From assembly GCA_041308645.1 (NCBI GenBank), contig JBFZBC010000013.1, forward strand, positions 1 through 55,486: a DNA stretch of 55,486 nt. Reading direction: 5' to 3'. The translations under genes and the position numbers were made by a program. This stretch comes from a bacterium (lineage in GTDB: Bacteria; Patescibacteriota; Minisyncoccia; Phycocordibacterales; GWA1-40-21). Numbering within the stretch: the stretch's first letter is position 1; each line of letters starts with the position of its first letter. Below are positions 25,025-34,600 of the stretch, piece after piece. A model generated the notes under the pieces. The model saw only the letters and a list, made by a program, of their open reading frames with translations, had not been told where the DNA came from and did not search any database.

Positions 25025-27990
25025 TAATTTTTCATTATTTCACGCAAAGCACAGTACTCGCATTTCTTATCATCACATTTTTTATTCCAAAAATCAAAGC
25101 GAGCAATCGCTGTCGCTGTTTGGCCAATCAAATCCAAGACTTCCTTTTCATCTTCAACACTAATATCAAAACTCTCTTTTTTATAATCATCTTTATCATT
25201 TGGTTCAATAAAATCTATTTCACCAGTTTTCATTTGATACTTACCTTTCTCATATTTATCCAATAAAATTTTATAGAAAATCAATTGTCTTTTATAATTA
25301 CCGTCATCATTTTTGGTTTTACCTTCAATGGCATTTCTTGACATCGGTTTTTTAGTTTTATAGTCAACCACTGTAACTCCACCGTCATCCTGGATTTCAA
25401 TTTTATCTAGCTGACCTTTCAATAAAATTTTATCTTCATCTTCCACTTTCTCAGATAAATCTGTGTAAACACCCACAATATTAAATTCATTGATCACCGA
25501 ACGTGCCCAGGTGCCGTTGTAAGTATCAAAATAACCCTTTAGGGCAGTTTGGCCTTTTACCAGTGTTTCGATATAATCTTTTTCATTAATTGGTTGTTTT
25601 GCTAAATATTTTTGGAATAGGTCTAAAAGCTCTTGCTGATTTAGATCATCACCATCACGATACTTATCGAAAAAATGTTTAAGCGTTTGATGAATGGCTG
25701 TTCCATACATTTGATGTTTTGATAAGACTTGAGGCAGACGAACGAGATTACAAAAAAAATACCGCCAAGGACAGACTAGAAAATTATTCAGGGCAGTAAC
25801 TGATAACCCTTGATCAAAAAATAGTCGACGTAAATAATCGCGATCCTTGATATTCTTAGCTTTGGCTGTTGAAACTGAAAAGTCTTCTAATTGATCAACT
25901 TCAAGCTTAGTCTCATTAACCTTAATCAAACTTGATTCAATCTCACCTAAAAACTGCGACGGTAAAAGAGCTTTACCATCTTCGGCTAATTTAGAATATG
26001 TGAGAACGACATGCTTTCGAGCTCGAGTTAAAGCAACATAAAACAATCTTCTTTCATCTTCAATCGCATCATAACTCAAAATATCAACATTGGAGATTGG
26101 TAATTTAAATTTATGCATATCCCTTTTATTACCCCAATGACCGTCAACTAGGTTTATGATGTAAATATAATCAAACTCCAAACCCTTACTCTTATGAGCA
26201 GTCATTAAGTGAACAGATTTTTCCGATAAGGTTTTACCTCGAGTTTTAATAACAATATTGTGCTTTTCTAAAACATCCAGATAACTAATAAAATCTTCTA
26301 AGCGATAATTTCGATGAGTACTAATTAACTCTTTCATCTGGTTCATCAACTTGTCTAATTTAGCTAATTTTTCAATCGATTCACTGCTCACCAGTAAATG
26401 TTTAAGAAAACCAGATTCATTGACTATGGCTTCAAAAAAGTCTAAGAGACCTATATTTTTAGCTTGCTTGCTCCATTTCGTTAAAAGACTTGATAGATCA
26501 TAAAAAACTTCAGAGTCATGCAGGGCGTCTAAAATAGAGACCTTTTTTTCTTTAGCTAGAGCAATAATCTTATAAACATCAACATAATCTAAATTTAAAT
26601 AATCAATAAACAAGGCTCGAGATAAAATTTCACTAGCACCCAAATCATTAATTGCTCGCATTAATAAAATCATTTTTCCAATATCACTATCAGAAAAAAG
26701 ATCTTGATCAGACTCAATAGTAAAGGAAATGCCTAATTTTTCCAAGGATCGAGCAATAGCTGAAGCGTCGCGATTCTCTCGATATAAAATTGCGATTTCA
26801 CTTAGATTTACACCCTGCTTAATTTTCTCATTAATACTTTCAGCTATAAATTTAAACTCACTTTTAGCTTTGTCGAAAGTATATAAATCAATTGGCACGT
26901 TTTGATGATTACTTTGAGCTTGAAGTTTGACTTGTAAATCCTTACCACTAGTATTCTTATCAATCAGAGAATGCGAAGCATCTAAAATAGACTGCGAGGA
27001 ACGATAATTATCAGTCAGGTAAATGAGTGCCGCTGTTGGGTAAATCTTTTTGAAATAGAGAAAGTTTTCTAATGATGCTCCTTGAAAACGAAAGATGGCT
27101 TGTTTTTCATCACCAACAATAAAAATATTTGGGTTTTCATGAAAACCAGAAATCAGTTCTAGTATTTTATTCTGGGAGTTATTGGCATCTTGATGCTCGT
27201 CAGCTAAAACATACTGATATTTTTCCTGAAGTTGTAAAAGTAAATCTTTGTTTGACTGTAGGGCCTTAATAACTTCAAGAATCATGTCTTGATAGTCATA
27301 CAATCTTTTTGTTTCTAGAGCTTTTTCATACTGAGTATAAATCTTTTGTAATTCTAGATTTTTAGCATTATTTTTTTCCAAATCTTTATACTTACCTTTC
27401 ATTTCACCTTGGTACTTTCCTTTATCATGATAGAGATCTGGTATGAGTTCAAAATTGCTGATTTGTTTTTTCAAAATCTCGAGCAAATCACTTGGGCTTA
27501 TATTTTCCTGCTTAAGATTATTTATTTCAGAAATAATCGAACGGATATAATGATAAGTATCACCATATGGTTTTAAAATTTCTAATTTAGTTTGATCAAT
27601 GATTTCCTCTAAAATTTTAATTTGATCAATATCAGTGATATTTTGTGCCCCAATAATTCTTGGAAACTCTTCAGGGTAATTCTTGATGATATCATTACAG
27701 AAACCATGAAAAGTATAGATGTTAACTTTATAAGCTGAACTACCAATAATATCCGCCAACTTTTTACGCATTGAATAGACCCCTGATTCAGTAAAAGTGA
27801 GAGCTAAAATACTATCAGCACTAGTATCTGTTTTCTTTAAAATATTGGCGATGCGTAAGGTCAAAATCGAAGTCTTACCAGTTCCCGGTCCCGCTACTAC
27901 CATCACTGGTCCGTCTATCGCATCCACGGCCTCCCTTTGTTTGGGATTTAATTGCCTGTATTTAGCATCAAAAACATCATCTGCTTTCAT
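25024..27990 (-). CDS. UvrD/PcrA-type SF1 helicase fused to a C-terminal PD-(D/E)XK (Cas4/AddB-like) nuclease with a Cys cluster
   Basis: Walker A is VVAGPGTGKT. Motif II is VLADEHQD. Further helicase motifs: TAHKSKGLEF and YVALTRARK. In the C-terminus, CPWRYFF ... DKIE...VVDYKT ... C-x5-C-x2-C suggests a 4Fe-4S RecB-family nuclease. Confidence 0.88.
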   Translation of the reverse strand: MKADDVFDAKYRQLNPKQREAVDAIDGPVMVVAGPGTGKTSILTLRIANILKKTDTSADSILALTFTESGVYSMRKKLADIIGSSAYKVNIYTFHGFCNDIIKNYPEEFPRIIGAQNITDIDQIKILEEIIDQTKLEILKPYGDTYHYIRSIISEINNLKQENISPSDLLEILKKQISNFELIPDLYHDKGKYQGEMKGKYKDLEKNNAKNLELQKIYTQYEKALETKRLYDYQDMILEVIKALQSNKDLLLQLQEKYQYVLADEHQDANNSQNKILELISGFHENPNIFIVGDEKQAIFRFQGASLENFLYFKKIYPTAALIYLTDNYRSSQSILDASHSLIDKNTSGKDLQVKLQAQSNHQNVPIDLYTFDKAKSEFKFIAESINEKIKQGVNLSEIAILYRENRDASAIARSLEKLGISFTIESDQDLFSDSDIGKMILLMRAINDLGASEILSRALFIDYLNLDYVDVYKIIALAKEKKVSILDALHDSEVFYDLSSLLTKWSKQAKNIGLLDFFEAIVNESGFLKHLLVSSESIEKLAKLDKLMNQMKELISTHRNYRLEDFISYLDVLEKHNIVIKTRGKTLSEKSVHLMTAHKSKGLEFDYIYIINLVDGHWGNKRDMHKFKLPISNVDILSYDAIEDERRLFYVALTRARKHVVLTYSKLAEDGKALLPSQFLGEIESSLIKVNETKLEVDQLEDFSVSTAKAKNIKDRDYLRRLFFDQGLSVTALNNFLVCPWRYFFCNLVRLPQVLSKHQMYGTAIHQTLKHFFDKYRDGDDLNQQELLDLFQKYLAKQPINEKDYIETLVKGQTALKGYFDTYNGTWARSVINEFNIVGVYTDLSEKVEDEDKILLKGQLDKIEIQDDGGVTVVDYKTKKPMSRNAIEGKTKNDDGNYKRQLIFYKILLDKYEKGKYQMKTGEIDFIEPNDKDDYKKESFDISVEDEKEVLDLIGQTATAIARFDFWNKKCDDKKCEYCALREIMKN

Positions 27991-27996
27991 TCTTCC

Positions 27997-28005
27997 ATTT
28001 TAGCA
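27997..28005 (-). promoter_or_regulatory. Extended -10 (TGCTAAAAT) plus 6 nt plus ATG for the helicase gene
   Basis: The minus strand reads TGCTAAAAT-GGAAGA-ATG(27990). Confidence 0.5.
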
Positions 28006-28013
28006 CATTTTTA

Positions 28014-28022
28014 TGCTATAAT
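28014..28022 (+). promoter_or_regulatory. Extended -10 (TGCTATAAT) plus 6 nt plus ATG for the cupin PGI gene
   Basis: TGCTATAAT-AAAAAG-ATG(28029). Confidence 0.55.
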
Positions 28023-28028
28023 AAAAAG

Positions 28029-28598
28029 ATGTTTAAACCTTTCGCCGAAAGAGATAATGAAAAAATGAGGGAGGTGCTTATGAAACCAAACGCTCTCGCA
28101 CCAGCGATTCATTATTACATGATCCGTGGTGGTAAAAATAAAACTAATATCACTGTCTGGGAAACCGGCACAGTGGATGGTGAATATATTAAAACTTACG
28201 GACATTACCATGTGGGTGATATTTCCGAGACTTATAACATTATCCAAGGTGAAGGGATTTTACTTTTACAAAAAAGAAAAACTGGTGCTGATGGTCAACC
28301 TATAGATGATGAAATAGAAAGTTTTGAAGCTAAAAAAGTAAAAGCTGGTGATAAAATTTTCATCCAGCCAGAAATGGGACATCTCTTGGTGAATACTGGA
28401 GACATCTGGCTAGTTACTTCTGATGATAGCCCAGTGTATGAAACAGATGTAGATCCAGCGGGTCTACCTGGCCACGCTGATTATGAGGCGGTAAAAAAAA
28501 TGGGTGGTTTTGCCTATTTTATAGTAGAAAAAGACGGCGTCCCTACCCTAGTCAAAAATCCTAAATATAAAGTGATACCAGAAGCTGAAATTGAATAA
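28029..28598 (+). CDS. Cupin-type glucose-6-phosphate isomerase (archaeal cPGI-like)
   Basis: At 189 aa it matches the length of the Pyrococcus enzyme. It has the YGHYH...E.Y metal motif, GEGILLLQ, IQPEMGHLLVNTGD, GHADY and a C-terminal NPKYK, all parallel to cPGI as I recall it. Confidence 0.65.
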   Translation: MFKPFAERDNEKMREVLMKPNALAPAIHYYMIRGGKNKTNITVWETGTVDGEYIKTYGHYHVGDISETYNIIQGEGILLLQKRKTGADGQPIDDEIESFEAKKVKAGDKIFIQPEMGHLLVNTGDIWLVTSDDSPVYETDVDPAGLPGHADYEAVKKMGGFAYFIVEKDGVPTLVKNPKYKVIPEAEIE

Positions 28599-28660
28599 TT
28601 TGAACTATTTTTTGCATCTTAGCCAGACACTTTAAAAGAAAATATGGTTCAAGGATAGTT

Positions 28661-31600
28661 TTATAAAGTGACTTCTACTTTATGAGTTTTCTTATCATTA
28701 ATTAGGTGTATCACATCTCCAGAAAGAGTCTCGCCATTCACAATTATTTTCTTATTTTCTTTTATTGAATTTTGATTATTTAAGATATGAATATTATATT
28801 TTGTATTTTTATGGGTATACAAAAGAGAAAAATTCTTCCAACTTTTTGGTATACATGGATTTATCTCCATTTTATTATTTCTGATTTTTATACCTAAAAT
28901 ACTTTCTAATATCGTACAGTACATTACTCCCGCTGAACCAGTATACCAAGTCCAACCTCCTCGCCCAGCTGGAGCTGGTTTAGCATAAATATCTGAAGCG
29001 ACAACATATGGTTCTACTTTATATAAGGATGCCTTTTTAATACTCTCTGATCTTTTGATTGGATTCACACTGTCAATAATTTTCATGGCTGAAAGAGGGT
29101 CATTTAACTTCGCATAAGCCTGAGCAGCCCATAAAGCTCCGTGATTATATTGGGCACCATTTTCTCTAACACCTGGTGGGTAATCTTTAATATACCCTGG
29201 ATCCATCGAGGTGTCCTTAACAGCAGGAAAAATCAATAATAATAAATCATTATTTTGGAAAAGATTCTTCATAACTGAATTCATCGCGATCTTACTTCTG
29301 TCAGTCCGTGCAACACCAGATAACACTGACCAAGACTGAGAAATAGAGTCTATTTTAAATTCCCTATTTGAAGAAGAACCTAAAGCGACTCCGTTGTCAT
29401 AAAAAGCTCGTTTGTACCACTTACCATCCCAAGCCTTTCTTTCTAAAGCAGTGGTTAAGTTTTGTAAAGTCACTTCAAATCTCTTGACTCTATCCTCGTC
29501 TCCACGATTTTTAATATATGGGGTAAATTTCTTAATAACCGCACATAAGAACCAGCCTAGCCAGACACTTTCTCCTTGCCCTTTTTCTCCTACTTTATTT
29601 AGACCATCATTCCAATCCCCATTACCTATAATAGGTAGCCCATTCTTACCGAAAACAAAAGTCTTTTCAATCGCTCTTAAACAGTGATCATATAAATCAT
29701 ACTTTTCCTTATCCACCTCAGCTATACCAGCCCAATTTGAATTACTAATAAAATCTAAAAGTGGACCCTTCAGATACGGAATTTTTTCATCAAGAATCTT
29801 AATATCATTTGTTATCTCCAAATAAAAACTTACAACGTAAGGTAACCACAATTGTTGATCAGAAAAGACTGTTCTAACTCCAAATGAATTATGTTCATGC
29901 CACCAATTTTGGACATCACCCTCCAAAAATTGGTGATGACTTGCCTTAAGAATAATTTCCTTGGTCACTTCAGGATTAGTCCAAACTAAAGACATGGAAT
30001 CTTGTAATTGATCGCGAAAACCATAAGCACCAGACGGTTGATAATAACCTGTCCGAGCCAGCAACCTAGATGACATTACCTGATGGATAAGTCTAAAATT
30101 AAATAATATATTTAGTGATTGATCAGGAGTTTTGATTTGTACTTTATTTAAAAGATTATTCCAATTTGACTCAATTTCCTTTAATGAAGAGTGATAATGA
30201 GTCAAACTTCGATATTTTGCTATAAGTTTATGGACAGCCTCTATGGAATATCCACCTCCTAATAGAGAAATAATTTCGATCTCTTCACCTGGATTCAAAG
30301 TAAAGAAGGTCTCAAGAGCAACGCAATGATCAACATCATCATGAATAATATTTGATAATTTCTCACGGTGCAGAGCGGCTGGATTATTCACATCTCCCCC
30401 TTTCCCAAGAAACTCCTCTCGATCATTGGTCACTAAGCTATTTCCAGCGTTAAGATCCACAAAAGCTAGGACTTTCTTGAAAGATTCGCTAAAAATATTT
30501 TTTACTATTATTGCTCCTGTTGTTTTATCTAGTGTCGTTTTTAAATAATCTTTATTATCTTGCCTATTTGCTCCACCAACAGACATTTCAAAAAATCCTG
30601 TTAATGATAGTTTTTTTATAATTTTAGTCGTATTAGTAAATTTGAATTTAACGATCTTAACATTATCTTCCACTGGTACATGGACAACCATACTTTGATC
30701 TATTCCCCGGCTTTTGTGTTCAAACTTCGTAAAACCTAAACCGTGGCTTACGATATAAGTATGAGGGCTCTTGATTGGTAAAGGTGTAGGGTTCCAAAAA
30801 TCTCCCGTCTCCTCATCTCTCAGATAAAAGATTTCACTGCTTCTATCAATCAGCGGATCATCAATACGTTTAGTTAAACGATTATCATAACTATCAGCAA
30901 ACCAAGTATAAGATGAACCACTTTCAGTAATAACGGTACCAATATTTTTATTAGCAATAATATTTGCCCAAGGGCAAGGAGTATAAAGTGATTTTTTATA
31001 ATTAATATTCATTTTATATTCCCGACCATCATCCGCAAAACCACCTAGACCGTTATAAAATGATAATTTATCAAGAGTTGGGTGTGTGTCTTTACTCAAA
31101 GTATTAACTTTTTTAGTGGTTTTTAAATACGGTACGGAAGCCTTAGAGTTTGATTTAGTGATTTCTAATATTTGTTGCTCAATTGTCCCAAGCTTACTAT
31201 CAATCACTACCCTTGATAGAAGGAGTAGATCTTCTTTATCAACTAATGATAGATGCGAAGCTTGAATATGGAAAACATTTCCTCTAATAGTCTTACTAAC
31301 TGTCGTCTGATTATAACGGATAAGAAAATCAACCTCATCCTCAAATGATTTAATATAGCTGGTTGGATATTCATTTAAAAGAACTAAATCATGAGCAATA
31401 CCTTTGTGTTTTAAATATTTATGACAAATAAGCATATTCTTTACCATCGCCATATCATTCATGTCATAAAAACGAACAATCAATATTGGTAGGTCACCTG
31501 AAATACCGATTCGCCACAGGGTTTGAACTTTTGCTTCATGACTGTCTTGTCTAAAACTTTTAATATCACTAGAATAATGTGGTGACAATAATCTAGAGGC

Positions 31601-34600
31601 CAAAGCTTGATATGACAAAGCTAGCTCATGTGATATTCCCAAACTATTTACAACGTCATAACTATGTTTATCTGATTTTATTATAGCCTGATTTATATGT
31701 TTTTGATTTGAATATTTTTTTAGATTATTTATCAATTCTTCTTGTGAATTACCAAAGATGTTTACGTATGTTATGGTGATCGCCTCATTACTTTTTAATT
31801 CAATCTGATTTTGGAAACTAAAAATCGGGTCAAAGTTATAACCCAAATCAGGATTTCCTTGATGGTGAGTTGGAGAAAAAATATCTGGTTGACTTAAAGT
31901 ACCCCCTCTATCAATAAACTGATTTCTATTTGTGGTATAAATAGATTCACCTTCATTATAAAGAGAAGTGAAAACCTTATGGGCTAAATATAAATTAGTT
32001 CCCCTTTTAACATTATTTGGCCTGCTGTAAACTAGGGCATTATATTTCTTCCAATATTCTGATTTTATAAACAATTTTTGGAAGGCAGTATGATGCAAAT
32101 CATCATTCGATTTTGCCAAACAGACTTCCCCATAACTAGTAATATTTAATGTTTTAGCTTCTTTGTGGTGATTGGTTAAGGTTAGTATCCGAAATTCTAC
32201 ATTACTATCTGGAGCAATAGCTATAGTTAAAGAGCTTTCAATATTATTATGAATCTTAATAAATCTTGCTTTATTTTCAAAATATTCAATTTTATTTTTA
32301 CCCAAAGACACACCAGTTGGTCTAGTGGTTGGAGACCAAAGATTATTTTTATTTTCATCATATAAATAAATAAATTGCCCCCAAGTCTCTGCCACCGTAT
32401 CTTCCCTAAACCTTGTTAAATTTATATCAGCAACTCGACTCCCTCCCGCTCCAGTATTACTTACATCCACAAAATAAGAGCCATTGGAAATAAATGCCCG
32501 TCTTGGATATGAAGTATATAAAGGAATGAACTGTTTTACATGGACATCATTGTTCCCAGTGGTTACATATTCTGCCTGTAAGTGATCTATACTTTTTATG
32601 GGACGAGCTGGTATAGAGGATGGTATTTTTTCTTCAAAAATTGTGTCCAAAGCTTCCACTCGAGGGTCTGAAAGAAAAAGTGAATGCACTCGCTCGTGAT
32701 TAACCTGATTATTTAAAGACTGAAGAGAAAAACCTTGATGGTGAGCATAATATATTTTTGCTGGTACACCAACACTATTCTGACTACCGTCCTCTAATTT
32801 TGCTCCATAATCAATTGCATCATAAAAACCATAACGTCCCATAAACTTTGACTTGATCATTTTTCTCATATTTAAGGTTGCTTCTTTTGGTTTAAACGCC
32901 AAGGAGAGTACGGTAGTATACGGTGCAACAACAAGATAATCCTTAAGGTCACGCTTAAGACCAAGCTCTGGGTGGCCAAAAATCTGGTATTGATAATTAT
33001 TATTTAAATCCAAAGCGGAATATGCTGACTCTCCCATTCCCCAAGGAATCTTATACTTTTTACCATACTTAATATGCGCATTTATAGCAACATTTGCCGT
33101 GCGACCAAGTAATGACTCTTTATGTACTTTGAAAAATATCAGAGAAGTTAAATATTCAAAAAGTGAGCCACCCCAAGATACCAAAGAGATGTTTTTTTGA
33201 TCAAGTTGGACAAGTTTTCTACTCAAATAAAACCAATGCTTTATCGGTACATCATTTTTCAAAACGGCCATAAAACTGATGGCATTGGCCTCTGACGCTA
33301 AAAAGTCATAATAATAGTTATCGATTTTTTCTAAAATAGCGTTATAACCAATATGAAACAAACCACGCTCTTCATTATACAAAAAGGCAAAATTAGTTTC
33401 ATCAACAAACTTATTGGCCAAAGAAACAATATGTAGAAATTCATTTTTAATTTTTATTGCATGATTTTGGGCATGAGTAATATGGGTAATAACTTGATGA
33501 TACCATTTCTCAATATTTTCCTTCTCATCATTATCTAGACTAGCAGAATGGATGAGATTTATAAAAAATAAATCCTCGATTTCACATTTGAGCTGTCCAT
33601 TTAAAGTCTCAAGGGAGGGAATAATATCTAATTTTGAACAAATATTTTTAAGCGTTTTTGCTAGATGAGAATTCCTTTTTTCATTTCTGATAACTGGTTT
33701 TGCCAGACGGTCCTGATTATAAAACATAAAAACAGCAAGCTCATCTATTTGCTGCTTAAGTAATGTATTAAAATGTTCAATACTAGAATATATACTAGAC
33801 AAAATTCCCTTGCTAATTCCAAGATTCAAATTACTTACTATTCTTTTCATCTTCTCATTACTTTCCGTCAAATCATTTAAAACCTTACTTACACATTCGA
33901 TAGATTCTAGTTTATCAATAATCTTTATTTTTATAAGAATCTGACGAGCCTCATTATATATACCTCTAACTGCCTTTCGGTCTACCTTTATAACACCTCG
34001 TTCATTCATAATTAAACAGGCATCATCAATCAAACTATTTAAAATATCCTCAAAACCAACAAAGCTAGCTTTACTGATAATTGGTTTTCCTATGATATCC
34101 AAAATCCCCTGTTTTAAGGTTATTAGGTTTAATAATAAATTTGCACTATCTACACTTGAAACATATTTAGGGTTTAGAGGTTGTAAAGTACAAATATCAT
34201 ACCAGTTATAAAAGTGCCCTTTGTAACGCTCTAAATGATCTAGACTTCTAAAAGAAGAAGTTAAACGCCATAATAAGTTAGACAAACTTATATAACCTAA
34301 ATCATAAGCAGAAAAATTACCTAAAAGATGACAACCAATATTTGTTGGTGATGTGGCGGAACGAGAATTTGTGACTGGTTCTTCCTGATAATGATCCGGA
34401 ATAAGGTAATTATTGTCTCGACGGGCCAACTCTAGGAAAAAGCGGGCTGAGCGGCAAGCCACCCCTCTTAAAAGCTTGGTATCACTTTTTTTATACTGAA
34501 ATACTTTTTCTTTTCGACTTATATGATAAGCAACTAATGGAGAAATAAACCAAAATATAGTTGTAAAATATGGTGAAAAACTGTCATGAAAACTAAGTAA

